64,000 nt of DNA, taken from positions 16,306,001 through 16,370,000 of the forward strand of contig NW_024704747.1 in the NCBI RefSeq assembly GCF_018977255.1, in the 5' to 3' direction. The notes beneath the pieces were generated by a model, which did no database searches, was not told the origin of the DNA, and saw only the letters and a program-made list of their open reading frames with translations. This document shows, one piece after another, positions 15,020-29,234 of the stretch; positions within the stretch are counted from its first letter, which is position 1, and the number at the start of each line of letters is the position of its first letter. Source of the stretch: Callorhinchus milii (taxonomy: Eukaryota). The position numbers and the translations under genes are program-made.

Positions 15020-15450
15020 AACTCACCTCTGAGATAGAAAGTTATGGGTTCAAGCCCCATAATCGGAACATGGAACTCGTATTTGCTATGTTTTTCAAAT
15101 GTAGGCCAGTTGACACTCCAGTGCAATGCTGGGGGTATGCTGTATTTTAGAGATGCCATCTTTCAGGTGAGATGTGAAAATGCAGTCCTATCTGCTCATT
15201 CAGGTGGATGTTAAAGATCCCACGGCACTATTCAAAAAGAGGAAGGAGTTTCTCCCGAGGTTCTGACCAATAATCCCCCAAATAAAATTTGTCTTTCACT
15301 TCATGGCTGTTTGTGGGATATTGCTGTGCGCAAGTTGCTGCCTCATTCACCCACAAAATACACAGTCACTCTGCTTTACAGTATATCCTCTGAAGCTCTT
15401 TGAGATGTCCTCCTGAAATGAATGGCGCAATATCAAATGTAAGAATTTTT
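15020..15450 (+). mobile_element. Older Deu-type SINE
   Basis: Degenerate tRNA head (GGGTTCAAGCCC), central TTCAGGTGGATGTTAAAGATCCCACGGCACTATT and GCTGTTTGTGGGATATTGCTGTGCGCAA, L2-like tail. Related copies at ~18260-18680(-), 20000-20240(+), 24180-24480(-), 37300-37660(+), 47260-47510(-) and 51500-51770(-). Confidence 0.8.
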
Positions 15451-15454
15451 TGTT

Positions 15455-15730
15455 GAAATCCCCCCCTTTGGTTTGCATCAATAACACCTCTTTAATCCAT
15501 CATCCCCTGTTCTCTACCCCACTTTCTCCTTTGTCTTCCTTGCCCTGCCCCTCCCCTCTCTGTTAGCCCTTAAAAGCCTCTCTCTCCCAACATGCCCCAG
15601 TTCTGATGAAGGGCCGTGGACCCGAAACGTTGACTCACTTTCTCTGCAGATGCTGCCTGAGCTGCCGAGTATTCCCAGCGACTTCTTTTTGTTTCTGATT
15701 TCCAGCATCTGCAGTATTTTTGTTCTGTTT
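15455..15730 (+). mobile_element. Penelope-like element terminal fragment
   Basis: Pyrimidine-rich stretch followed by CTGATGAAGGG..CCCGAAACGTTGAC..CAGATGCTGCCTGA..TTCCAGCATCTGCAGTATTT, the pattern recalled for chondrichthyan Penelope-like ends. Confidence 0.7.
15599..15635 (+). ncRNA. Minimal type-I hammerhead ribozyme motif
   Basis: Stem I AGTT/GACT, core CTGATGA(+A) at 15603-15610, stem II GGG..CCC at 15611-15623, GAAA at 15624-15627, palindromic AACGTT stem III, cleavage triplet GUU at 15629-15631. Confidence 0.7.
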
Positions 15731-18700
15731 ATTATAATTTGACCTAATTAATAGATCAAATGACACTCTTATTCTATAATACTTGTAATAAGGTGACTGC
15801 ATGGAGCATTACAATAAGCACAGGATATATGTTTGTGTTGCTGTTACTGCATGCAAGCCATCTGATAGTGGATGTGCCAAACCCATTTGTGACAGAAGAT
15901 CCACAAAGAAGATGAATTTAGTAGTTTTGTACGTGTGAAAGTACATATTCTACGTCTTCCCAAAGGCCTCAGAAAACTTTCACTTGCTGGAAGGATTTGA
16001 GGCAAGATCTGCTATTGTTGAAGGCTAACATGGTTAACATATTCTTTATAACCAGGTAATTTTGTCTGCAAAATATACAGTCAATTCGCTTTACTGGATA
16101 TTCTTGAATGGTAAAGGATGTGCTGTGCTATAGACTGGGTAATTTAGTCCAGTCTGCCATTCATCAGCCTGTTGCCAGTTTGATGATTATAATAATAATA
16201 ATCTTTGCATTTGATATTGCGTCTTATCACATCTGCGAGACGACTCAAAGCGCTTCACAAAACATAAGTGAATTGACTGTACATTTTGTGGGCGAAACGA
16301 TATAATGAGTAGTGCATTGTTTATTGTTTAAAAATTCTTTTGTCTTAAATCACTTTACATTTAACTTTATCTGGATTGCAAAAGTAAACCCTGAATTTCA
16401 CAATGCATGTTTCAAAGCTATGTAATGCTTCTCCTCGGTCATTGCTTTAAAAACCAGTACCCCTCGCTGCCTTGTCCATCAATCCAGAGACACTGGAAAA
16501 ATGGTGCATTGGTCCTGCTCAGTCACAATTTAAAGATATTTGGTGGGGGTTGGGTAGGGTTGCCTGAATGTCTGAACGTTGTCATTCTTTAAGCGAGATA
16601 GTGTTCTTTTCTTGCCTGAGTGTCAAGATTGTCTTCCTTCCTGCAAATCAATGTGAAGAATTTAATAAGTGTGCTGGTTAATTCAGGTTTCATTGAAAGG
16701 GTGGTTCTCCATTGCTAGGTGAGTTATATATCACGTGAAAAACATAATTCTGCTTTGAGGATTTTGTAACTCCTTGCATATTTCTCTGGATTTTGGGTGA
16801 TCTACTTTGTTTTTCTGATGACTGTTGTAGTATATTTGAAATGGCCCAATGCATTGTTTCTCTGGCAGCAACAATGTAATTAGATTGGAGGTCGACCACA
16901 ATAACACTCAAGGCACATGAGGGCCAGTGTTCTTAAACTGTACAAGGCATAAATATATATTATATATATATTTTGAGTTACTATAATTGCCTTCAGTGAA
17001 ATACAAGAACCAGCAGCTTATATCTGGTGGGAGTGAATTCAGGTAGAATGCTCTTGTGCAGGCTCTGAAAATGACAGAAGGGCCGTCCTGAAAGTTCATG
17101 GCATTGTCATTTCATTTGTGGAACAGATGTAAAATGGAAGAGTCCAGGATTGAGTAAAGGTCATTCAGCCCTCCCAACTTGCCCTCTGTTCTGGGTCTTG
17201 TGTGAAGATGCAATTTGGTCACTTCATCTGGAGACTCAATATGGAAATTGCATTGGCAGTGATGGTTTGGCCGGTTTGTTCCATAAGTGAAGGCCATTTT
17301 TAAGGAAGGATTAAAAGATTACTGTTGGACTGGAAACAATGTGATTGGATGTGGGAAAGTCAGAAGACAAATGCTCTGCACCCAATAAACAATTTTGAGT
17401 GGTCCTGAAGATGGCCATTATGATTTGAAGTGACTGAGCACCATCTGTGTTGTGTAATAAAATATAGATTTGTGGTATTCCAGACCATGCCTATGGGCTA
17501 ACTGCAAAATGACCACTGCCGTAACCACTTGTATCTGTGACCTAACTGCAAATATACCCTTTGCGTCTCACACCACCTGTGGTTTATTATGCTGCTACTG
17601 GCATGATTCTTTGGAAAATACCACTTTTTGAAATTTCAAAGGTTGAAATTGTATTCAATTATCTTCATGGGCATTGGTAATGGGAGGGGTTAAGACCCTC
17701 TTTGTGGTTTATGGTCCGTTGACTGAGATCAGTTCTCAGGCTTGTGAGATGAGTTGGCTGCTCTGTGCTTTGTGCAGCATGTGGTGGGGACTATAAAACA
17801 ATACATTTTCACAGGTATCTAATTTTCAGTGGTGTGAAGTGGTGCTGGTAGGAATTGTGAAAGTAACAGATGTATAATAAATTGAAAATATGATTGAAGA
17901 AACCATCAGAATTAAAAATCAGCATTTAGTCCTGCTTCAAGGATGACGTTAAGTAGATACTGGAAGTTCAACAAGATTTAAGATTTTGAATATTTTTCCT
18001 TTTCAATTTAACAAGTGATTGTTAATTCTGATTCAGAAGTTTCCTGTTGGAGAGAGGGAATTTGGTCAGCAGGGGATATGGTTTGAGCCTGAGGAATCTC
18101 AGTTCTTTGTGTAATACATTTCCACTTCACTGTGTGTAAACTTAAGAATCCATTATATATATACTGTATATGCATTTAAAAATTCTCTCGAGGTGCTCAT
18201 TGCTTCTTGGTAAATAGTTTTCTGCAAAGTACAGTAACTGTGTCTGTGGGCAAACAAGGTTGTCAGTTTGCACATATCAATGTCCCACAAACTGAATGAC
18301 CAATTGTACCTGGAGGATTAATGGACAGGATACCAGGAGAAACTCCCTTCTCTTTTTGAATATTACCACGGAGGTCTTTAATATCCTCCCGAACAGGCAG
18401 ATGCGATCTCGGTTGAACTTCTGATTTGAAAGATGACAATTTTGACAATGTAGTGTTCTCCAATAACATTATCATTCTAGACTTCGTTCCAAGTCCCTGG
18501 CATTTTTAACATCCACCTGAATAGGCAGTTGTGACCTCAGTTTGTTCTCATCTGAAGGACAGCGTCTCTAATGATACAGTGTTTGCTCTCCCAGCGCTGC
18601 TTTGGAGTGTCAGTTGAGACTGAGTTCAAAGTGCTGAAAGGAGGATTGAGCCCAAGGTGTCTACCAACTGAACCAGGCTGGCAAAAATGGGTCCCATTTG

Positions 18701-21700
18701 CCCTCTGGTACTTCCTCAAAGTGTTTTTATGTGGGTGTTTGACAGCGATTGTCAGCAAAGCTATTTCCCTGTTAGGTGATTGAGAGAGCTTTATTGACAG
18801 ATTTATCTAAGCAGTTGCTTTGCCTGTTCGTATTGGCTGATGGCATTGGTGCAGTTTGTATGCAAGTCTGCTGGCTGTGACCCAAGTTACAAGAAGATAC
18901 CACCTTGTATCGTGTCATCTGGTTCCAGCATTTTATCTCCATGCCCAGATTTTAAAGTGCAGAGATTCAGGCACATTTCTTTGGAAATTATCCAGTAACT
19001 AAAATTACTTGAAACCAGTAAAGCAAAGCGAGTGCCATACAGGCATCTCTAAAATGAAGACATCATCTCATAGTTCAGGTGAGAATGCATTATTTTTTTA
19101 CCCGCTGGATTTACCTTCCCAAAGAGACTTGATTTCTTGAATATTGCAGAAATTTATAATAAACTTGAATTTTATTAATAATACTAAAATCCTTGCATTT
19201 GGTATAGCTCCTTTCAGGTCAGAGCTGTTCAAAGCGCTTCACAGGATATACTGTAAAGTGGAGTGACTGTTCTGCGGGAGAGGACACGGGTTCCAGAGTT
19301 CTGGATGATCTCTGGAGGGAGGAGTTGGGGAGGTCGCATAGTCAAGCCTGGGAGTCTGCGTTATCAACAGAAGTAACACACTTGGAAGGAATTCCCATTT
19401 GCAACTGATTGAGGAATCTCACCAAACATCACAATTTAGACTTCACTAAAACCCGAGAGTGTATTTTGTTTTGGGGTTTTCATTATTTAAACTGCCTAAC
19501 GTATTGGCGGAAGAATGCAATTGATACTATGTAGTTGATCGATCGTTGCCACATATTGCTGCGCACAGCTCTGAGCACGTTGGCGCCCTTTTTGGGCAGG
19601 TTTTCATTTATCTTAGTGATAATTTTTTTAAAAAAAGAATGACTGAAATCATCAGTTGGCACCGCCACAGAATGTGTGATTTACACTTTTCCCGAGCTTA
19701 GTTTTATATTCAGTGGCCGAAATGCACTCGATTTGTGCAAATGAGCAGTTGAGCAGCATACATACTGAAGTTGTAAAGGGTGCCTGCTGCTGACTGGTTA
19801 ATCCACTGCTGTTTGGACTGGGCCCTTTCACTGCTGATTAGCAAATTTTGTTTCAATATAGGATTATGGAATTAGCAGGGGATAAATAGATTTAATGTGA
19901 GCATTATAATTCTTGTGCTTGCAAAACAGGATAGAAGTGCATTTTCTTGCCTGTTAGGTTCTGTGCCACATGCCCTGCTCTGGATAGCGGATGGGTAGTA
20001 ATATACTTCCTTCCCTCTCTGTTGATATTCAGCAGCAGGTATGCATGAGTTTCTCCTTGTGTCTTGGCCAACAATCCACCAGATAAATTAGTTATTCACT
20101 TCATGGGTGTTTGTGCGACCTTGCTATCTGAAAATTGGTTGTTCCATTTGACTACAGTCGCTACAAATAACAGCTTTAATAACGTGTATTAAAAAAAAAT
20201 TAACAATATATATCTGTTAAGTGCTTTAAGGCATTTTGAAATAACAACAACAAATTACATTTATATAGTGCCTTTCACATCAGGAGAATATCCGAGATGC
20301 TGGATAATCATAGGTGATATATCAGATGTAAGAATTATTTGAAATCTAATACCTGCCAGGCAGTTCGTTATCTTTAAAGTTAGATTTGGAGGCAACAAAT
20401 CATGGGATCTTGGGAAATTGCTGTCTTTGTATCTAAGTGTGTTTATTGCAAAAAGACAGTGGGGCTGATGCAGTGCTCGGAGAAACCAGCCCTCATATAC
20501 ACAATTGTGGATAACCGCTCGTACACCGCGTGTCATTTGAAATGAGCAGTGCGCTTCTGTTTGCATTTCATTGACTCTGTTTAAGAGCAGTTCAACTTAA
20601 GATTCATTTTTAAAAACATTTTTGTGCAAGTTTTAAAATCTTTTCTTCCTCCCCAATCCTGTGTACTATTTCCCTCAACGAGCCCTATTTATCCTCCAGT
20701 CTCTGCCAGGGCTGTGGAATTGCCTGGAGGATTATAATAATTCAGAGATGATATTCTCGTGAGTATGTTGCCTTCCATTTGTGTAGCTTTGTAGGTGGTA
20801 TAAACAATTCACTAGCTCGAGCAACTTGGGAATCAAACTGTAGCATGTTGATCTGAAACTCCCCCCAAGCTTCATTTAAATATGAAGGAGGGGAAAGGAA
20901 GAAGAAGCTGGGAACGACTCGTTTTTTTGTGTGTTGGCTAAAGGAGAGCTTCAAATTACAACTGTATGTAATTCCCTTGATAGAGTGTCATAAATAATCC
21001 ATAACAGGGGAATTAAATTACTGTTTGGAAATACTGGGCTGTTAAAGAAGTGTCCTTCTGCTCGGACAGCTTTATGACAATATTAGTGGTTAATGAGATT
21101 TTTTTTGCAGTGGTTTCTCTGGAGCTACAGCCTCGCGAGTAACTTTGATCCCTCTGAGTGAATCGCATCTGCTGAAGGCTCCAGTTTAATTCTGTCCATA
21201 TTGCTCTCGATTCCTTATCTGTGGCTTTATATTGGTAATTCACATTGCTGGCATAAATTGTGGGAAATCTGGATGCAATAAACCTGGGAAACAGCAGAAC
21301 CTGCTTTTCCAGAGCTTTAATGTGTGGAATAAAAATTGTTTGGAAATCTTGGCCTGTCTCCAAGATCTCTCGAGAATTGCATTGTGTTGTGCTGCCATTT
21401 CAATCCCCTGAACTTGCACTGTCCTTCCCAATCACTCAGACCAAGTGATAGTATTTCTGTTTTTTTCTTCCTCCAAGTTCATCAAAACGCTACTTGCAGT
21501 CATTTGATCGGTGGATTGGCATTGCATTGTCTATGGGTAGATGTGTTAACCTTCAATGTTAAATTTGGATCACTAGCAGATTACCATCAGCCCTTCATTG
21601 ATGCCTGACTGTGCATTACTGTCCCAAAAAGCAGAGACCTTTAATAATAATAATCCTTGCATTTGATATAGCGCTTTTCACGTCAGGAGGACGTCCCAAA

Positions 21701-22864
21701 GCGCTGCACAAAACACACTGTAAAGTGAATTGACTGTATATTTGTAGGCGAACTTCAGAGGTTGTTCATAACTGTTGCTTCTTTATACTGGACCTGTTGC
21801 TGCAATTGTGTGACAAATCCCTAAACACTAGATCCTGCAGGATGAGTTAATAAGCAATAAAACTGCAATGTCTAGGGAATAAAACAAGAATGCTGGCAAT
21901 ACACAGCAGGTTTATCAGATAGCTTACATTTTTTGGGTGTGAACTTGCATAAGAATTGGGCACGTAAATGCAGTGAAAGCCAGAACTTCTGATGCAATCT
22001 GCATTGTTAACTGCTTCCCTAATAATAAAAAAATACAACCCGTTTTCTGTGCAATGTGCTTCTGGCAATCAACAGGCTTTTTCAAAGAGGCTCCAGTGTG
22101 CCAGCTCACTTATGTGTGAATGGTGAGGTACGGTTGCAACTGCAGTAGTCAAGAGACACAGAGCAATTCTTGCCAACTCCATACCAGATGTCCAGATTTT
22201 GGAGTTTTTATTTAAATGAGTACAACAAAGCTTTGTGTTCTGTTCTCATTTCTCAGAATATTGCCTTACTACTTGAACTTGCTGCTACGAACTCTGTTGG
22301 AAGTTGTGCTTGAATGATTTAATTCTATTTAGTTTGACCTCATCCACTTTCATTAAAATCCTTTATTTACCATGGCATCTTGTTCATCTGTTATTTTAAA
22401 GCTCTAAAGATGAAACCTTAAGCAAGTGGTCAGAGGTTTAATAGCACATGTGTTTAATAGCAAATTGTACCATTTGCAATTGTTTTCATGTAAGTGGTTT
22501 CAAATCTCATGCAGAGCAGAGCTGAAGAATAGAGAAAGGTGAAAAGTCCCTCCTTTATTGAGGATATCATTCAAACCGCAGTTACCAGAGAGCTAGTTTC
22601 AAAACATTCCAAGGGCAGAGAGTAGAATTTTAATAAATGCAGAGTTTTAAAAAAAAGTTTGGATATTTGTGAATGAATGATGGAGTAATATTTTTAAATA
22701 CATTTTCACTTTTTTCTTGCCCACATACCATCCATGTCTCCTGAAGGTACCAAGTTATGCTGGGGAACATTGGGACTGGGCAAGCGAGCACCCTGGCATA
22801 GCCTGCGAGACCAGGTGGTGTTAGGGCATTAGACTGTGTGGGGTTGGGGCTGTATCTGTATCTG

Positions 22865-23173
22865 TGGAGTCCTGTAGCTCAGTGGTTAGAGCACTCGCTT
22901 TGCAAGTGAGAGACCTGAGTTCAATTCCAGGCAGGGCGAAACCTTGGGCAAATTTCCTTACTCCCCACGCCTAATCATAATCCCTCCAAAAACAATAATA
23001 AATTGGTCATTTTCAATCTACGACTGTTTGTGGGACATTGCTGTGCGCAATTGGCTGCCGCGTTCGCCCACAAATATGCAGTCAATTCACTTTACAGTAT
23101 ATTCTGTGAAGCGCTTTGGGACATCTAGAAGATGTGAAAAGCGCTATATCAAATGCAAGGATTATTATTATTA
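22865..23173 (+). mobile_element. Full-length young tRNA-Ala-derived SINE (short subfamily)
   Basis: A box TAGCTCAGTGG, anticodon arm with TGC, B box GAGTTCAATTC, Deu-like body, stem-loop tail and (ATT)n end. Near-identical to copies at 45298, 56961 and 63619. Confidence 0.93.
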
Positions 23174-26100
23174 TCTGCAAGCTGTCCAGCGTAGGCCATC
23201 AGAAGCAGGAGAAAAGTGGCTGTAGGCATAGACATTTTTTGCATTTTGAATTATTTCCATGGTGGTGAAACAGAAGTGATATTTACCATGTGTAATATTT
23301 TTATTTTTCCTGTTGCTAAGTTGAAAATCTTGCGGGGATTGAATTGTCACCAGTGCCCAGTGGGGCAATCAAATCCTGAAACCGTAATTGCATAATTAAA
23401 TTTTTAACCCGTTTACAGTTGTGCAAGAAACCAGATGGCTTCCTCCCTGAGAGCTGTGTAAATGAGTCTGAATAAACATTCCCATTTGACTTCTTAGGAA
23501 GAGATGGAACACTGCCTGTTAAATATAGATACTGTTAAATGGACTAATACCTACTCCACTGGAATGTAGGATGTAACAAAATGTGTCTTTTCTGATTTCA
23601 GTCTTGATGGATTATTCCAGTGTGAAGCCCCTCAGGTGACTTGTTCTGACAGGGATTTTTAGGAGCAAGTTTAACTTAAAAGGCGAGTGGGGGGTTCCTT
23701 CCCTAAACGACTCAAGTGGGTTTACTGGCTTGTTCCAACATGCTGAGTTGCCTATGGAGCGGAAGAGGTGTGAACCAGATGTTTGCTTTGCCTTTCTGAT
23801 CAAAGGATAGGGCAGTTTAAAAGTAGGAGTATGTTTCTCCTCCTTTTTTACACACTGTGGAAGTATTAGATCAGAGCGTTAATAGAGCATAGCAATGATT
23901 TCTTTAGTTATGTTAGATGACCAAACTGGTGGAGCCATTGATGATGATGGAGCTTTGGTAAGATTTATTGGGAGGAGATCTGCTGTGGCAGGGTAATGCT
24001 TGGTCAGACAAGTCTATTTGGAAGTAAATCCTAAATGGAAGAAAATGGTCTTTTATTTCATTTTCTTCAAATTATTTGTGTTAAACTAATAGTTTGATTT
24101 TATTTTGAAATGTCTCTCACTGGTTCAAATGTAACAGCCTACGCTTTGAGGTTTATAGCTTTAAGAAAAGTATAGGCAAATGCAATAGCCAATTTGTGCA
24201 ATGCAAAATTTCACAAACAGCTATGAAGTGAATGACCAAGTAATTGGAAGATTATTGCCAGAACACCAGGAGAAACTCTTTCCAAAAAACCAAATGGAAT
24301 ATTTAAAGTCCATCTGAGCTGACAGAAAGTCTCACCTGAAGGTCTGCACCTCTGATAATGCAGCTCTCTCTCCCCAGTACTTCAGTGTAGCAACATCTTG
24401 GGATTTTGAGCTCCAGGGCCAATGAGGGGCTTGAGCTCACTGACCCAGAGGTGAGATTTATATCAAATGAGTCAAACAATCCCTGGAGTGGCTTCCTGTC
24501 TCTGTGAACATGCGGAGGTTGATTACCTGTACCTGGTTGACAGCTCACCTGGGTAAGAAGAGAGGAGAGCTCTGAAATTTCAATTAGTTGTGCATCTCCT
24601 TTTAATGGTCGGCCAGGCTCTCATTTTTTGGACTACAAGCAAGCCATAATGAAAGAAAATCCAAGTAACTGGGTAGCCTGAATTACCTTTTCTCATACAT
24701 AGTGAATTTGTTGGTGAAGAGACAGATTTGCTTAGAGAAATTAGATCATAAAGTAGGGAAGAAAAGAAGAATCAATGTTCTGACTAACCATTTTGCAGTT
24801 AATGAACTTGAGGAAACCAATCCAGCCCAAAACCTTACATTATTGAACACTACTGGTGTGTTCCCTGGATGACATGTTGATACTGACAGCTAAAGAACCA
24901 TGTTAATCCATGCAATTTGGTTATCCTGGTACCATATTTCCTTTTAACCCAAAACCTTTTCTGAGAAACATTGTAACATTACATTGAAAGCATTGGGCGT
25001 TTAGTTGCCTAAATGTCCATATTATCCACTTGTATGTGGAAAACTGCATCTGTGAGAGAATGAAATCTGTGTGAAGATTTGTATTTTTCCCACACCAACA
25101 GTGTTGGCACCTTTCACTGGACAATGACACTGCAGTGAGTGAGTTCCCACCTTCTGTGGGGCAGGCCTTGAGATTAACACTGGTCCAACATCCAACTAAT
25201 CTAGCATCAGACCAGCAACGGGGATTTTGATTTGGATCAACAGATCTGAAAATATATTTCTTGTACTAATTCACACCCTCTGTGCTGTGCTCCCACACGT
25301 GGGCATGTACTGGGTTTTTACAGACCACTTCTAAGAAAGCTTTGTGCGTAAAAGGCACCGCAAATCCTGGATGGATTCCTGTTATGCTTTGAGGTACCAG
25401 CTACTGATTTTGCAGCCTACGCTTTGAGCTTTGCAACTTGAAGAAAAGAACTTTGCAAGCTTGTGTTGATCCCTTCAGTCTCCAGTCTGTCATGGGTTTT
25501 TTGTACTGCATCTGATCAGTTGTAGTCCTTTGCTTCTCTTCCCACTGACAATCAAAGATATATTCAGTTTCTCTGTTTGAAGTCACAGCAGCTTCAGGTG
25601 AGTGAGCAGTTAATTTATGCTAGTTTATATTTTAAAAAGTACTGTTTCCCAGCACAGACTCTGTTCAGTGGGGCCTGACAGAGGAATTTATCCACCTAAT
25701 ATTTTAAAAATGAAGTTTGAAATTCATTTATTATACGTAACTTGTTTTATTGTCAAAACTAGTCTACTTGTCTATCAATCATCTAGAAATAAAGTGCTGC
25801 TCTGGCTCAACACATTTCTCCCCCTGAAATAAGATTACGAGGAATTATTCTTCTACACCTTTTTTTGTATTTGCTGAATCACATTTTCTCACAGCAGAGA
25901 AGTCAGTGCAATATGAAATTGACTGCAACACTGCTTTGGATATTCCAGCCCGTGGACTGCTGTTCAGGTGTTTAGCTTGCATACATTTTCAGAGCACGTA
26001 ACTGATAAAAATACATCAATACACGAATCATTCGATTGTCTTGTATACAAACAAAATCCTCTGGAGGTGGTGTTCTGTACATTTATTTCCTATTCTTTTT

Positions 26101-29100
26101 GGTTTCCCTGCCCACACTGCCTCGGCCAGTGGTGTTTGGGAACCATTTGCGTGGAAGTAACATAGGTATCTTGTGGCTACTGCCTCGGACTTATTAAAGC
26201 AAATCTTGCTGTGGGAATAATGCCTGTCGTACTCTTCAGTTCCCCAAAGAATCTCTGGTTAGGAACATAATTTATCTTTATAGAGAGGAATTGTGTTTGC
26301 TGAAGGAAATCCCTTGGAGTGAAATCCACTCTACTATGCTAAACAAGTAGCCGGAATTTCAGAACTAGAATGCACCTATCCTCCTTTTCCCCGCGAGCCT
26401 GTTTTTTTTTGTTTGCATTATTTAATGTTCGGGAATAGTCAGATGGACCTACAACTCAACCTGTAAAGAAATGTTAATAGTTTCATTATAATGTGGTCTT
26501 TTCATCACCATCATGAGGAATTCAGTTGCAGCTTCCTCCCGTGAAAAGGATCTACTCTGGATGGTGTGGATCATTTTGCTACACGCAGACTCTGCATAAT
26601 TTTATCTGGAAACTAGTTTTTATTAAAATAAACATTGAAAGTGGATATTCATTTAAATAGCAACAATGAAGGAATTTCTGGTACCTGCTAGGTAACTTGA
26701 GGAAGAAAACTGATGGCTCTGCAAGTCCTTGTGCAATTAAGGTGGCCTTAGACAGGTGGCCTTAGACTACTCTTGTGAAAATGTTTTCTTCCACCTTGGG
26801 TTTGGTTCCTCAGGTGCTGTTATTCCTCAGGTATCTTGTCCAAGTATTGTTTCTTTGTGCCCAAGCAGTCCATATAGTCATTACAGTTTAACCTGTTTGC
26901 ACTTGAAATCCACATGTGCTCTTTCCAAAGAAGCGTTATTGGATAGCGTTTGACAAGGGGAACCTGTCTGCTACATGTATTCCTTGTTCCAAATCCAGCT
27001 GGCATTGGCAACTGTTGTATTGTTTTGGCAGTAATATTGTTTTTCCGTTTGTGGTGGTCTGAACAACTGTTAGTACAGAAGCTTAACCTGTGAGGAGCTC
27101 ATTTGTAAAATCAGGTAATTGAAGTGCTTTACATGGTCATTTATTGTTTTCTGTTATAGTGCAATTTAATGTTGAAAGTTAATGTTGTTTGCAGCAGATT
27201 TGAATACCAAATATGTTGTATGTGTGTATAGTTTGAAGTATTTTTTGATGAAGTGCCACATCGTGAAAATCACACCTATGTAAATGTGCCACCTGAGCTG
27301 TGATAAATGGTACCGAGGATGCAGTAGATCACCTGATTTGCAAAATCTAAAATGGTGAAAAGAGCTATTTTTCAACAGACTGGCACAAGAACATGTTCCT
27401 TCGTGTTTTAATGGAAATTAAAAATGTATTTATGTTGTGTGAAGAACTTATCTTCAAAAGGTTTCCAGCAAATTTGATTTAAGATTCACAATCATGCAGA
27501 ATTTTGGAAAATTGTCATGTTAATTCTTAATTTGGTAGCCAGATTTCTGCGATTCTCAAAACAACTGGAAAACAGGCTTCCAAGTTGAGATTAACTTTAC
27601 GGTTTCCAAAATTCTACACTACCTTAAATTTTATGTGAATGGTCATAAGTCTCAGACTTTGAAGAATATCAGACATCTGGGTGTCGGACTGATAATAAGA
27701 TAGACTCCCGTGGCTACTTATGAAAGAATCATCCATTCTTCCTCAATAGTGATCCCCTACATAGTTATGGGTTTTCTTCATTGTTGGGGCTTATGACACG
27801 AAGAAATTCTCTTCACTGCTTGTCAGATTTCTCAACTGTTGAACAGTGGCTTGTGCTCAGCAGGATAATTCTGAGCTGACAAAACCTTGCACTGTTTTGT
27901 GTGCATCCGGCAGCCCTGGCTAGTAACCCTGGTTGTAATCTGCCTTGATGTAGAGTTGAGATTGTTTTGTTTGCTGTTGAGGAGTGGTGCCTCTCAATTT
28001 GCTGCTTTTTTTTAATCTACAGTTGTATTTGTGACAGAAAGCATGCGTGCTGACAGAATCATAGAGCAAAGAGGGAGGCCATGGAGTATATTGTGCCTGA
28101 GCTGGCTATATGATCCCATTATTCATTTTGTTCTATTCCCCCCTATATTTTCCCCATACTCTTGATCATCATTTTTGTTTTTCAGATATTTGTCTTATTC
28201 CATTCTAAAAACTGTTATGGATTCTTCAACTACTAATTTGATAGAGTTTTGATGCATGGATCAGGATAAATTGGTTTGTAGTGGTGACCTTTGGAGTGTT
28301 TGTTTCAAGCGTTGCAGGGCATGAACCTTATAAATATGTGGCTGGGCTCAATGAAATCTGTGAAGATGTCAGCTTGTGTAACTCCTCCATACTGCTCTCC
28401 GCCCGTGTAGCTAAGGCAATCATTCAGTCCTGTGAGGCACAAGTGAACGTGCATGCACACACACACACTTTTCAGGTTTAATAAAATGGGAAGTTTGCTG
28501 AATTGAATTTGAAGTGGTGTATTTTATATTCCTGTGCTGCAGTTCTCAAACATGTCAATCATTGTACCATTACATGGTGCGATGCATGTCAGGGGATTTC
28601 CTTCATCACCTTTCTTTTAAGCTAGCACAGTTCATGCATTTGGTAATTTTCTATGGATGGAATTTCTGTTTTTGGATAAAACTACATAATTGAAGTTTAG
28701 AAATGCATGACTGTTTCTGTGAAATATTTAACTAATGCTGTTGTCTTTTTTGTTCCCATCGGATGATACTGATTTGCTTTTAAAAAGAATTGCCAGGTGA
28801 TGCAGCTGCTATCTTCGTAGATAAAAAAAAATCTCCTTAAGGCATTCACTTATGCTGGGAACAGTGCCACTTGTACTGACTGCCTTTCAGTAGTGCATCT
28901 TTCAAGGAGCAATTTGCCACGTTTGAGCCCAGGCGCTGGACTAATGTTGAGAGAAACTTTGGGGAAAGGGTGCGGGTGCGACTGAAAAACAGTTGAGTCT
29001 GACCCTCTTAATCATTTCCAAGCCACTTCTGGTGATCAGAAGTGGGTCTAGACCTCAATTGGATTTTTTTTAAACTCCTTTGCCAGGACAGAGATGAACT

Positions 29101-29234
29101 GTTACACTCTTGCTGTCAACCTAGCCCAATGATCGAGTATGGTTAATGTAGTGAAAGCCTTACCCTGCATTTAACTTCTTGCACCTGTGACCTGGAAGTA
29201 CAGTACTTGAAGGAGTAGTGCAGCAGTAGTGTTC

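Noticed and set aside
20503-20521. AATTGTGGATAACCGCTC resembling the lac operator (vector contamination)
   Set aside because: The match is scrambled and short, with no other vector sequence nearby.
22865-22940. tRNA-Ala genes (also 45298, 50361, 57205 and 63619)
   Set aside because: Each continues into the same SINE body and (ATT)n tail, so these are SINE heads, not stand-alone tRNA genes.
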